A stretch of 64,000 nt of DNA from Abditibacterium sp. (GCA_965199495.1 CBDASK010000003.1:1696001-1760000), one strand, 5' to 3'. Positions 51,989 through 62,568 are shown, counted from the first letter of the stretch. Notes: generated by a model not told the origin, from the letters alone. Made by a program: numbers and translations.

Positions 51989-52948
51989 ATGCCCGTTACT
52001 CTCGACACTCGACACACCGACAAGCCCAAAGGCGCCAAAGGACAAGCAACCACGCCGCGCGAAGCGGCCCTCGCCGCCGCGACCAACCCGCAGGAAAAAC
52101 GCGGAGGATTCGTTGCTTTTGGCGTTTGGCTCGGAATTTTGTGCGTTTTGTGCTTGCCGTGGCTGCTTAAACCCTCAACGCAGGTCGTCGGCGAGCTACT
52201 CCTCGCGTGGAGCGCTTTATCTATCATCGCCTTTGTCGTCATCGCGCCGACGCGCGTTTTGGGGCCGCTCCGCAAAGAGCCGAAAGCCTTGATTTCCAGC
52301 AAAGTCCGCGCGGGATTGAAAAATACTCTGGGCAAAGTCGCACCGATTTTAAGCGTCGCCGAACCGCCCGCTTACGTGGACGAAACTGCCGAAGCGCCAG
52401 AAATGCTGACTTTGCCCGGCGCGCTCGTTTTCAATGAGCCGTTGTGGAAGCAACTCACCGAAAGCGAAATCAACGCGCTGGGCGTGCGCGGATTGGCCCA
52501 TCAACGTTTGGGGCACGCGCGCCGCTTGGCGATCATTCACCAATTCGGCAAATTGCCTTCGCCGTTTTTTCGGTTGTTGGCGTGGCCGGTCTGGATTTAC
52601 GTCAGCTTGCTCGAAAGTTTATGGCTGCAACACGCCTTGCAGAGCGCCGACCGCATCGCGCTTTTAATCGTGCGCAACTTTGGGTTATTGCTGAGCGCCA
52701 TCGTCAAAGAAAAAGCCGCCAACGACGCCAATATGCAAGCGTTGGGCGTGCAATCGAGCGATGTGGCGAACTGGGTCGCGCAACGCGGCCACATCGGGAT
52801 GGCGGGCGAAGAGATTTCAATTCAATACAAACTGGGCCGCGCCATCCACGAAAATCCGCCGTTTGAACGCCGCATTTTAAGCCTGCAAGAATGGAGCGCG
52901 ACGCCAGAATTTAACAAAGCCGTCGAAGATTTGGCCAAACGGCGTTAG
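51989..52948 (+). CDS. Membrane protein resembling peptidase M48 with degenerate zinc motif (start 51962 or 51989)
   Basis: Two TM helices; LTESEINALGVRGLAHQRLGH, ADRIAL, PP...RI.L spacing typical of M48. Confidence 0.55.
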   Translation: MPVTLDTRHTDKPKGAKGQATTPREAALAAATNPQEKRGGFVAFGVWLGILCVLCLPWLLKPSTQVVGELLLAWSALSIIAFVVIAPTRVLGPLRKEPKALISSKVRAGLKNTLGKVAPILSVAEPPAYVDETAEAPEMLTLPGALVFNEPLWKQLTESEINALGVRGLAHQRLGHARRLAIIHQFGKLPSPFFRLLAWPVWIYVSLLESLWLQHALQSADRIALLIVRNFGLLLSAIVKEKAANDANMQALGVQSSDVANWVAQRGHIGMAGEEISIQYKLGRAIHENPPFERRILSLQEWSATPEFNKAVEDLAKRR

Positions 52949-53037
52949 TTATCAGCCCCAAACGTAACGCCCGCATCGCCATTTGACGAGAGCGTTACGT
53001 TTTGGGCGGGGAACCCAGCCCCTACGGGTGCGATGCG

Positions 53038-53505
53038 TTAATTCTCAACCGACGGCTTAACTTTGCCGCCCGTGCCTTCGACGTGATTTTTGATCGATTC
53101 GAGCGCTGTGCGAAGTCCTTCATTGACGTGATCGGCGGGAATATCTTTGTATTTGTCGCCCTTGAAAACTAATTTAATCGTCACGTTGGAGCCATCGCCA
53201 TCGGGATCGATTTCCATCGAGCCGCTATAGGTTTTCTCGTCGCTGCCCCATTCGACGTGACCGGTGTCTTCGTTGCGTTTCAAATAACCTTCGGTGTCAT
53301 ATTGGAAGCCGTCGCCGCCACCAGCCACGCGCACGCGGTCTTGGCCCGCGTCTTCGGCTTTTTTGGTCGTCGGCATATATTTGGGCATGTTTTTGATGTC
53401 GGCGACGAAATCGGTGACGGCATCGGCAGAAGCGTCCATGTAGAGCGACGACGAGAATTCGTTGGCACCGCTCGATGACGAAGAAGAGGAAGAAGATTGG
53501 CTCAT
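53038..53505 (-). CDS. SRPBCC (polyketide cyclase/START-like) protein
   Basis: ASADAVTDFVADIKNMPKYMP...ALESIKNHVE. Confidence 0.8.
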   Translation of the reverse strand: MSQSSSSSSSSSGANEFSSSLYMDASADAVTDFVADIKNMPKYMPTTKKAEDAGQDRVRVAGGGDGFQYDTEGYLKRNEDTGHVEWGSDEKTYSGSMEIDPDGDGSNVTIKLVFKGDKYKDIPADHVNEGLRTALESIKNHVEGTGGKVKPSVEN

Positions 53506-53730
53506 GGCGAATCGCTGTTTTGCGATTCGCGCGCCAAACTTGTAGGGGCGGGGTCTCCCCGCCCAAAACATATCGCCCACATCGCGCGTTTGGGGCGCGC
53601 AACACGTTTTGGGCGTGTTGATTTTGGGCGTGTTGCGTTTGGGCGTGTTGCGTTTGGTTTCGGATGATTATAATATTTTGGGCGGGGAACCCCGCCCCTA
53701 CGGGGTTTAGCGTATAATTTTATCACGATT

Positions 53731-54237
53731 ATGGCGTATAATCCTTTGAAGCATCATCGGCGTTCGACGCGTTTGCGCGGGTTTGATTACGCTTCGCCGG
53801 GCGCTTATTTCGTCACGGTTTGCGTGGAGAATGGGACGAGAGCCTCCGGCAAATTGGTGGCTCCGGGCGCAATGAAACACAATTGGTGCGGCGAAATTAT
53901 CCTCGCGCAGTGGGAGTCGTTATCACTCGCATATCCGCATTTGATTTTGGATGAATATGTCGTCATGCCCGATCATTTTCATGCGTTGCTCTGGCTCACG
54001 ACTTACGACGAACATCCGGCGCCACGCCCTTCACTGAGCGCCATTATGGGATTCGGAAAATTTCGCATGACGCAATCCATCAACGAAACCCGATTTGAAC
54101 GCTGGAACACAGAAACCAAGAGAGTTTTGCAACGAGGATTTTATGACCGCATCCTGCGCACCGAACGCGAAGTCGAATTCGTGCGCCGTTACATCCGCGA
54201 AAATCCGCAACGCGCCTACGATGCCGAAAACCCGTGA
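53731..54237 (+). mobile_element. REP-associated tyrosine transposase (RAYT/TnpA-REP, Y1 HUH)
   Basis: RRSTRLRGFDY...YFVT, MPDHFH (HUH), QRGFYDRILR, YIRENP (catalytic Tyr); flanked by GTAG REPs. Confidence 0.93.
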
Positions 54238-54575
54238 TGGCGGGCGTTACGTTTTGGGCGGGGGAACCCCGCCCCTACGGGCATTATATGTGCGAAATGG
54301 AATGCGTTTGCGCGCCAACACGGTAATAATCACGCGACAAACCCGTAGGGGCGGGGTTCCCCCGCCCAAAATATATCGCCCACCGCAACACAACGCGTTG
54401 GCGTGTCACCACCATTATAACGACGCGACAACGCGATACGTTTTTGGGCGGGGGAACCCCGCCCCTACGATTGGGTTTACGCTGCGCCCCCGTAGGGGCG
54501 GGGTTCCCCCGCCCAAAACACATCGCCCACCGAAACATAACGCAATACGCAAAAACGAACCGCCGCCCCGACAAT

Positions 54576-57500
54576 TCATCCCACCACAAACGCCGCCAAC
54601 GCCGCATCTTTCACCGATTGTTCCACGAGCGGAAAGGTCGCCAGAATATGGGCGAACTCGGTTTCGTTCAATCCGTAGAGCCGGGCGATGCGGGCATCCA
54701 ATTGCGCGCGCAACGCGGCGCGCTCGTCCGGCGTGGCTGCTCCCTGCGCATGGCCCGACAATCCGGCCTCGCGCGCCAACGCGTCAAACTCCGCCGTCGT
54801 GCAAATCAAGCGCGCACTCGCCGAAACTATCGCCCCAAATTCCCCATCCCCAGACGTTAATCGTGGAATACGCAATTGATAAATATAAAACGAATTGAGG
54901 TTTGTCGTCATCGTTTGCCGAATTGCGTAATCAGCGACAAAGCTATTTAGCAACGCCGTCAGAAGAAATAATTCCTGTGTCGTGTAACGTGGCTGGTTGT
55001 AATTATTGGCGTCGTGAATAAATGGAAAATGCGTCGCCAACGAATTTCCAGTTAGCGCGCCTTTGGGTATTAAAGTCGTGATTAAAGTTCGCTCGTTTGT
55101 ATTTGAAGCAATTTTGCGAATCGCAATCCGTTCGGTTTCGTAATCGTTGCGAATATCGGCGGGCACTCCTTTCACGTCGCATCTTTTAGCGCGTTTAACT
55201 TCAAATTCGCGCCTAATATCATTTTCGTCTATCCAATAACGCGGTTTTTCAAAGTGATTGTCGAAATGCCAAATCAAACTTCCTTCATAAAGTGGATTAT
55301 CATTTTGGGTTTCTTTAAACAAATGAGCCGAACGATTCATGTGAAATTCTTCGCCGTTGATTTCAAAATTCCATCCGCCCGCGCCGAAAGCTAACATTGG
55401 GAACTTCAACATCTTTTGCGCGATTTCGACATCTTGTTCGCTTTTGAACTCCATCACGCTGAGGCTGTCGGGCGATAACTTGCGCACCAAATCCACGCCG
55501 ATTTCCAGACTGTCGCGCGACGGGAATGCCGCCAATTCGTTGACATCGTGGCGCATGAACGTCGCCGGAAACTTCGTCGTCGCGCGACCTTTGGCCCACG
55601 TCAACGCCACGAATTTAAAGCGCGAATCCACGCCCTCGAAAATCATTTTGCGGTTCTCGAAGCCAAACAAACCGGTGATTTGCGATTTCTCGAAGAGCAT
55701 TTCGCGCAAACCTTTGGCGCCCAAGTCGGTATAGATGCCCGATGGTATCACAATTCCGCAACGTCCGCCTTGTTAAACAAGGCGAAATGAGCGTTCGACG
55801 AACAGTTTGTAAAGGTTGATGTCGGTGCCGGCTTTTTTGCCGCCCACGACCGAAATTTGATTGCGATACGAAGGCGACTTGCGGAAATACTCGCTCACAT
55901 AGGGAAATTGCGCCTGATACTCGTCCCACTGCGCTTTGATTTCGGGATCGGCAATCAGCCGGTCTTTCTCGGTCTCGAACTCTTTGATGCTCATCGTTTT
56001 CTTGGTGATATTTTCGGAAAACAATTGCAAGAACTCTTTGCCGTTGGGCTTGAAGACTTCCCAAGGCGGATTGGTGAGGATGGCGTCGAAGCCGCCGCTA
56101 CCCATCGCTTCGGGAAACTCGGCGCCCCAGTGAAAGGGCCGCAAGCGCGCAATATCCTCTTCGCGGATGCCGATTTTGATTTTGTTGTGGCCCACGCGCT
56201 TGATGCCCAGCGCGTTCCAGTGGGCGACGGTGGCTTCGTCGCACACGACGCGCAAGCGGTCGCGGATGGCGTTGGCGCGCTCGCGCAATTCGCCCAGTTG
56301 CGGGCGCATTTTTTCGTCGGCGTTTTTGTAAATCCGAATCAAGTTGCTCTTGTCCCCCGCCAACCTATCGAAGTCGGCTTTGACGAACAATCCACCGACG
56401 ACGAAATCTTTCTCGTCGCAACTCATCATCCCGATGAGCGAGTTGCCTTCGAGAATATTGAAATCAATATTGGGCAACGGTTCGAGTTCGTCGCGCGTGC
56501 GGGCGCTCGAAACGAGGGCCAGAAACAATCGCAGTCGCGCGATTTCGGGCGCGCCTTCCATCAAATCCACGCCATACAAATTGTGGGTGATGATGCGCCG
56601 ATACATCGCATAAAACGGGCTGGCGTGAGCAGCCACGTCGCCCATCATCGCCTGTTGCAACGGTTTCAGGCCCAATCGTTCGGCGCGTCCCCACAGTTGG
56701 GCGTAAACATCGGCGAGCGTATAAAACGCGGCCACCAAAAACGCGCCCGACCCGACGGCGGGATCGAGCACGCGCAAATTCGACAATCGTTCCCAGATGG
56801 CGCCACACAAAGCCGCGTCGGCGTGGCCGATCAGATCGAAGACCGAATCGGCGCGCTTTGCGTGCGACCCGGCGTAGATTTTGACTTCATCGAGAATCAA
56901 ATCTTCGATGGTGCGCTCGCACAAATAAGAAGTCAGGGCTTCGGGCGTATAATAAGCGCCCGCGCTTTTCTGGTCGTTGATGAACTTCTCGAAGATAAAC
57001 CCCAACAGTTCGGGCGAAAGCAAACCGCGCGAATTATCGCGGGAATCGTCGGCAAACCAATCGTAGCCGCCGAAGACGCGCAAGATTTTCTCGAAGACGA
57101 CATCGGGCGCGTTGACATCGGGGTAAGTGCGTTCAAGCGGATGTTGCAGAAACAAACCGCCATTAAGATATTTGACATCGCCAATTTTCGCTTTAGTTTC
57201 GGGCGTGCGCTGCGCTTCGGGTTGAGCGAAACCCTCGAAAAACAGCGGCTTCAAAAATGTCCAGTAAAACCCCGTAGGGGCGGGGTTCTCCCGCCCAAAA
57301 CCTGAATTATCCCGCAAATTTTTGGCATCGCCAATCGGTTCGCCGCCCGTTACGTCGGAATCGTTCGATTCAACGATGGTTGCGTTTGCCGTGATTGTGT
57401 GGGCGGCTTCACGTTCTGGGCGGGGAAACCCCGCCCCTACGATTGGGGTTTCGGCGTTACGTTGCGCCCCCGTAGGGGCGGGGTTCCCCCGCCCAAAACC

Positions 57501-58247
57501 TGAATTTGTCGGCAATGTTTCGGCATTCCCAATCGGTTCGCTGCCTATTGCGGTCGCATTGTTCGGTGCGATGGGAATCGGGGTTTGCGTAATTGTGTGG
57601 GCGGCACCATATTTGTCGAATTTATTTTCCAAATAGCGCGCGTCGTCATCCACGAACCCGCGCTTTTGCAAAAAATAAACGAACATCAAACGATGCAGCA
57701 ACACCAGCGAATACTGCGCGCGCGTTTTGTCGTCGGGCAAGCCTTCGATGAGCGGCGCGATTTCGATTTGAATTTCTTTCCAATCGTGGTAGAACTTGTT
57801 GGTGACTTTGGAAGTATCGAGCGCCTCGCGGACTTTCTTGGCGGCGGCGATAACGGTCAAATCGCCCTGCGCATAGTCGCTGATTTCGACCATCAACCCG
57901 GCCAGTTTGGCGACAAACAGTTCCGACGGCTGGCCTTTGATGTAGACGTGGCTGCGCCTCTGCCACGACAACACGCATTGCGATTGGGCCTCGTCCATTC
58001 AGACGATGACGTTTTCGGCGGCGACTTTGGCGATCTGCGCCCCAATTTTCTGGCGTTCTGCTGTGTCGGGGATAATTTCGGTTTGAATTAAAAGCGCCGG
58101 AATCGGGCCGATGCGCGCGATTTCGCGGCATTCGATTCCGTTCAGTTCGCTGGCTTTGGATTGCGGGTTCGACCAACCCAAACAGTTGATAAAGAGGCGG
58201 GCAAAGTCGAAATTTTCGAGCGCGCAGCGAATGTTGGCGGTATCCAT
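54576..58247 (-). pseudogene. Eco57I/type IIG-like N6-adenine DNA methyltransferase with TRD; one 1224-codon frame broken by two in-frame stops
   Basis: YLNGGLF, GAYYTP, DPAVGSGAF, NPPW; ORFs 57999-58247, 55773-57998 and 54576-55751 share one frame, separated only by TGA (57999-58001) and TAA (55773-55775). Confidence 0.85.
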
Positions 58248-58441
58248 TTTACGCGGGGAAGTTTAACGTTTTTATTTTTGTCCACAAAGAACGATATGTT
58301 CACATCGAAACGGTGGAAGCGGGCGTTACGTTTTGGGCGGAGAACCCCGCCCCTACGGGACATTTGCGTATGGTTACGCGCGGCGAAAACGCATCATCCG
58401 TAGGGGCGGGGTTCCCCCGCCCAAAACGTATGACGCGCCCT

Positions 58442-61400
58442 CTAACTCACCAATCCCAACGAACAAATCAATCGCGGTTCGCCCGCCTCCGTTTCCTCAT
58501 CGCTGCTTTGAATCAACCGATTTTCTTCGTGCAGACACGCCAGCAGTTCGGCCAAATCGTCGTTCTTAAAACCCAGTTTCAAATGCGTATTAATCTGGTC
58601 GGCGGCGCTTTTGCGCAACGGATGCGCGTAAATCGCGTCGGCGACTTTGGCGTGCGCGGAGTTTTCCCACAACGTGCCGCGCACTTCTTCGATATGCAGT
58701 TTCAAACGGTGATACGCTTTGTAGCGCGCGCCGCTCGGCTTGCCCAATCCCCCCGCGAGGGATTTGTCGTGTTCCAGTGCGGCTTCGACTCCGGCACTGA
58801 CGAGCGTTTCGTGATTTTCGGCGAGCGGCAAATTGGGCGTATCGGCGTCGCAGGCGGCTTCGCGCAGAATCGCGCGCTGGCTTTGCGTCAGGACGTGGCC
58901 GCTGCTGTCGAGTCGCGCCAAAATATCTGTATCGGCGGGCGTGCGCAGATATACAATCGCGCCGCTTTCCAAACCCGCCCCGCTTTTGGCGCCCGCCACG
59001 ATGTCGGGCAAGTTGGGAATAATCTGATTTAACTTCGGCGCGGCGCGGCGCGCGCTGTCCCAAATCTGGAACGCGTAACTCGCCAAATCCACTTCGCCGT
59101 CGTCTTCCTCGTCCAGAATGCCGCTCTTTTCGTTGAACAAATCCTTGAGTTTGAATGTGGCTTCATCATCCAAAAACTTCTCGTCGGTGCCCAGAGTTTG
59201 CGCGGCGGTTTCCAAACGTTCCTTGAGGCGCCCGCGCAGTTTGATGATTTTCTCGATGCCCTCGGCGGGCATAAACGAATAACAGACGATTTCTGGCGCG
59301 CTTTGCCCAATGCGATCCACGCGGCCCGCGCGTTGAATCAGCCGGATAATCGCCCACGGCAAATCGAAATTAATCACGATGTGCGCGTCCTGCAAGTTCT
59401 GGCCTTCGCTCAAAACATCGGTCGCCAGCAACACGCGAATCGGATCGTTAATTTTCGCTTTGTTGGAAATCGGCGAAAACCGGCGCGCCAATTCGGTCGG
59501 GTCTTTGTCGGCGCCGGTCACGCCGACAACGCCAGCCACGCCGCGCGCGTGGAGTTGCGTTTCGAGATAACGCACCGTGTCGGCGAACTGCGAAAACACC
59601 AAAATTTTCTCGTCGCCGTGCGTTTGCTTTAACAAAATTTCGAGCTTTTCCAGTTTCGCATCGAGCGCGGGCTTCCATTCTCCGGCGATTTCCAAAACTT
59701 GCGACAACGCCAGAATATCGTTTTCCAAGTCAGCTTTGAGTTGGTGTCCGAAAAATATGGGCCGCAACCAACTGAACTTCTGCTTCTGCGCCGTCGCCAT
59801 AATTCCATACAATTTGTCCGCCGAGGCCGAAAAGAAATCATCTTCGTCGCCGTCGTTAAACGCGCTATCCAAAAGCGCGCTGTCGGACGAACCAATCGGT
59901 AGCGGCAAACCGTGTTCGATGGCGTGAATGAAAACCGCGTTGCGCAAAATATGGCGCTTAATTGACAATAAAAACGCCGCGCCGCTCGATTCCAAACGCT
60001 TGAAAAGTCCCGTCCGGCAAAAGCCCATCAAGCGCGTGCCCGCCTTGGTCAAATTGGCGATGATCTCCGCTTCGGCCTTGGTCGGCACCGTAGTAAACGT
60101 CGGCGGCAGATAGTTTTCCAAACCATAACGCGGCAAACGCAGACTATCAATTGTGTCCACGACTTTGTCGCAATAGAGCCGCGCATACGGGTCGCTGGTA
60201 GCAGCCACGTCGAGCGGGAAGGTCACGGTTTTGGGCGTGCGTTTGGGAAAGTAGAAGCGCGAACCGTCGGGGTAAACCAGATATTTTTTGCCGTCGCCGT
60301 CGTCTTTGGCATAATGTTCTTTGATGAACGAACGCGTGCGCCGCACCAAAAACAGCCGCATCAACTCGCGCCAATCGTCGGCGTAAGTCGAATAGGAAAA
60401 CGCGCCCAAAGTGTCGGGTTTGTATTGGCGATGCGCCTCGAATTCGGTCACGCCGACTTCTTTGATCAAGTTTTCGGGCCGAATTCCAATGCTCGTTTCC
60501 GGTTCTAAAAATAAGCGCAATTGATGATACAAATCGCCGTAATGCTTGTTGTAAGGCGTCGCCGAAAGCAGAATAACTTTGCAATTGTTATTTTTTAAGT
60601 AATCGTGAACATATCCGTAAGTTTTGCCTTCGCCCGAACGCAGGTTGTGGCTTTCATCAATCACGACCAATTTATAATGCCTGAAATCGCCCGCCAAATC
60701 TTTGGCCCGCGAAATCGGATGCACGCGGCCCACGACATTAAATCGTTCGAGTTCCTCGTTCCACATTTTAACGAGATTGGGCGGGCACAACACCAGCAAA
60801 TTATGATCGCCCTGTTCAATGAAAATGGCGGCAATCGCCGCCGCCGTCATGGTTTTGCCAAGGCCAACGACATCCCCAATTAAAGCGCCGCCACGCTTGT
60901 TGAGATGATGCGCCGCCAGTTGCACCGCTTTGGTCTGATAATCGAACAATTCGCCCTGGAAAGATTTGGGCACATTAAATTCGGCCTGTCCCTGACGCGC
61001 CTCGCGCGACAAATGATAAGCCATTTTGAGATAAATATGAAATGGCGAGCGCGGCGTGACCCAACTTTCGCCCAAAACTTTCGCTAAATCGTCGGAAATA
61101 TCCAAACTATCGTCCCAACGCTTCTCAAACCAATCGCTGAGTTTGTGCGCGGCGTCTTGTTCCAACACATCAATATTGAGTTCGCCCTGTTTGAGCAAGC
61201 CCGAAACAGTCAAATTCGACGATCCCAAATATCCGATGAGCGGCGTTTTGTGATCGTGGCGGTGGCACAGATACAACTTGGCGTGCAACGGAAAACGCGC
61301 GTGCAGTCGAACCGCGACTTTTTTATTTTCGAGTTGGCTTTTGAGTTGGAGCAACGCCGATTTATCGCTTTTGGTCGGAAATCCGAACATCAGTTGGCGC

Positions 61401-61699
61401 CGGAAAGAGTCCAATAACGATTGACGATAGCGCGCCATCGTCAGGTTGTCCATCATTTCCGGTTCGGGCTTGAGCCGCAAAGCGGCGCGTAGTTCGTCGT
61501 CGGGCGAAACGTTCATGCCAACGATCACGCGCGCCTGTGCGCCGTGGCTGCCCTTGAAGAACTCGACTTTGGGTGCCAAGGTGTGCCAGCCGCGCAGATT
61601 GAAATAGCCGACGCAAAAATCGGCTTTATAAGAATCGTTGAGCGTTTCGCTCAACTCGTTGAGCATGAAGGCGGACTGGTTATCGAAAATCGTGGGCAT
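58442..61699 (-). CDS. PLD-nuclease / SNF2 helicase fusion (restriction or anti-phage partner of the methyltransferase)
   Basis: VGYF, LHAKLY...GSSNLT; DVVGLGKT, DESH, SATP, LSEGQNLQ, QRAGRVDR. Confidence 0.9.
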   Translation of the reverse strand: MPTIFDNQSAFMLNELSETLNDSYKADFCVGYFNLRGWHTLAPKVEFFKGSHGAQARVIVGMNVSPDDELRAALRLKPEPEMMDNLTMARYRQSLLDSFRRQLMFGFPTKSDKSALLQLKSQLENKKVAVRLHARFPLHAKLYLCHRHDHKTPLIGYLGSSNLTVSGLLKQGELNIDVLEQDAAHKLSDWFEKRWDDSLDISDDLAKVLGESWVTPRSPFHIYLKMAYHLSREARQGQAEFNVPKSFQGELFDYQTKAVQLAAHHLNKRGGALIGDVVGLGKTMTAAAIAAIFIEQGDHNLLVLCPPNLVKMWNEELERFNVVGRVHPISRAKDLAGDFRHYKLVVIDESHNLRSGEGKTYGYVHDYLKNNNCKVILLSATPYNKHYGDLYHQLRLFLEPETSIGIRPENLIKEVGVTEFEAHRQYKPDTLGAFSYSTYADDWRELMRLFLVRRTRSFIKEHYAKDDGDGKKYLVYPDGSRFYFPKRTPKTVTFPLDVAATSDPYARLYCDKVVDTIDSLRLPRYGLENYLPPTFTTVPTKAEAEIIANLTKAGTRLMGFCRTGLFKRLESSGAAFLLSIKRHILRNAVFIHAIEHGLPLPIGSSDSALLDSAFNDGDEDDFFSASADKLYGIMATAQKQKFSWLRPIFFGHQLKADLENDILALSQVLEIAGEWKPALDAKLEKLEILLKQTHGDEKILVFSQFADTVRYLETQLHARGVAGVVGVTGADKDPTELARRFSPISNKAKINDPIRVLLATDVLSEGQNLQDAHIVINFDLPWAIIRLIQRAGRVDRIGQSAPEIVCYSFMPAEGIEKIIKLRGRLKERLETAAQTLGTDEKFLDDEATFKLKDLFNEKSGILDEEDDGEVDLASYAFQIWDSARRAAPKLNQIIPNLPDIVAGAKSGAGLESGAIVYLRTPADTDILARLDSSGHVLTQSQRAILREAACDADTPNLPLAENHETLVSAGVEAALEHDKSLAGGLGKPSGARYKAYHRLKLHIEEVRGTLWENSAHAKVADAIYAHPLRKSAADQINTHLKLGFKNDDLAELLACLHEENRLIQSSDEETEAGEPRLICSLGLVS

Positions 61700-62009
61700 A
61701 AATCGCGTTTGAGTTTACCGCCGCGACGACGCTGATTATCTGGGCAGCAACATAACGTCCGTCTGCAAAACATCAATTTTGCGACAAAACCCGTAGGGGC
61801 GGGGTTCTCCCGCCCAAAACGTAACGCCTGTCCGCAAACCAAAAATTTCGCCCGCAATATAACGCTCACGCGCAACGTGCGCAAAATATTGCGGTGGGCA
61901 AGCGATACGCCTGTAGGTGGGAGACCCCCTACAGGCGTATCGCAAAATTGATGTTTTGCGGACAGGCGTTACGTTTTGGGCGGGAGAACCCCGCCCCTAC
62001 GGGTGACGA

Positions 62010-62042
62010 AAAAGCGCGCGAAACTTAATTCGCGCGCTTTTT
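62010..62042. terminator. atp operon terminator
   Basis: AAAAAGCGCGCGAA-ACTTAA-TTCGCGCGCTTTTT downstream of atpC. Confidence 0.75.
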
Positions 62043-62054
62043 ATTCAACCAAAT

Positions 62055-62459
62055 TTATTTATTCGCCACGCGCAGTCGCGCCCGCGCGCGTTGCAGCGAA
62101 TCGTTCGCACGTTCGCGTTGCATATTCTCGGTTTCGAGCTGGCCCGCCAGACGGCCTGTCGCGCGCGATTCGGCTTCGCGCGCGCGGTCGGCGTTGATGT
62201 CGCTGGCGAACTCGGCGCTGTCGGCCAACAGCATCGCGGTGTTGTTCGAGATTTGAAAAAATCCGCCGCCCACGAACAAACGCAGTTCGCGATTGTCGGC
62301 GTCGGTGATCTGCACCGTGCCCGGCGCCAGAGCAGCCACGAGCGGCGCGTGATTCGACATTACGCCGAACGAACCTTCGCTGCCGGGCAAAATCGCCGAT
62401 TGAACTTGGGCGTTGAAAATCTCGCGTTCGGGCGTGACGATTTGAAAATTATAGGGCAT
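62055..62459 (-). CDS. atpC: ATP synthase F1 epsilon subunit
   Basis: IVTPER, GSFGVMSNHAPL, GGFFQI. Confidence 0.95.
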   Translation of the reverse strand: MPYNFQIVTPEREIFNAQVQSAILPGSEGSFGVMSNHAPLVAALAPGTVQITDADNRELRLFVGGGFFQISNNTAMLLADSAEFASDINADRAREAESRATGRLAGQLETENMQRERANDSLQRARARLRVANK

Positions 62460-62468
62460 AATTGTAAT

Positions 62469-62565
62469 CGTAGAGACACCGACTTATCGTGTCTAAGAAC
62501 ATCGGAGTTGCGGTGAACAAAAGCAACCCCGACATTCTTAGACACGACAAGTCGGTGTCTCTACG
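62469..62565. repeat. REP doublet family B variant inside the atp operon
   Basis: CGTAGAGACACCGACTTATCGTGTCTAAGAA ... TTCTTAGACACGACAAGTCGGTGTCTCTACG. Confidence 0.85.
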
Positions 62566-62568
62566 GGT

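Larger units (their letters stand above)
53004..62000. repeat. 14 copies of REP family A, GTAGGGGCGGGGTTCYCCCGCCC
   Basis: Copies start at 53004, 53542, 53680, 54256, 54345, 54446, 54492, 57274, 57418, 57472, 58335, 58400, 61793 and 61978, in both orientations; GTAG foot plus imperfect hairpin. Confidence 0.95.

Noticed and set aside
53606..53657. 15-bp tandem repeat TTTGGGCGTGTTGCG x3
   Set aside because: Looks like slippage of REP-flank sequence within a REP spacer; no evidence of separate function
53540..54520. Clustered 23-bp repeats with spacers resembling a CRISPR array
   Set aside because: Repeats alternate in orientation, spacing is irregular, no cas genes are present and a RAYT is adjacent: these are REPs
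54095..54898. ORFs over the REP cluster, and ORFs at 50406-50747, 58142-58569 and 61651-62197
   Set aside because: Translations of REP repeats
54576..61699. Calling the defence pair DISARM or BREX
   Set aside because: Only a PLD-SNF2 helicase and an MTase are present; no drmA/drmB or pglZ/brxC in the window
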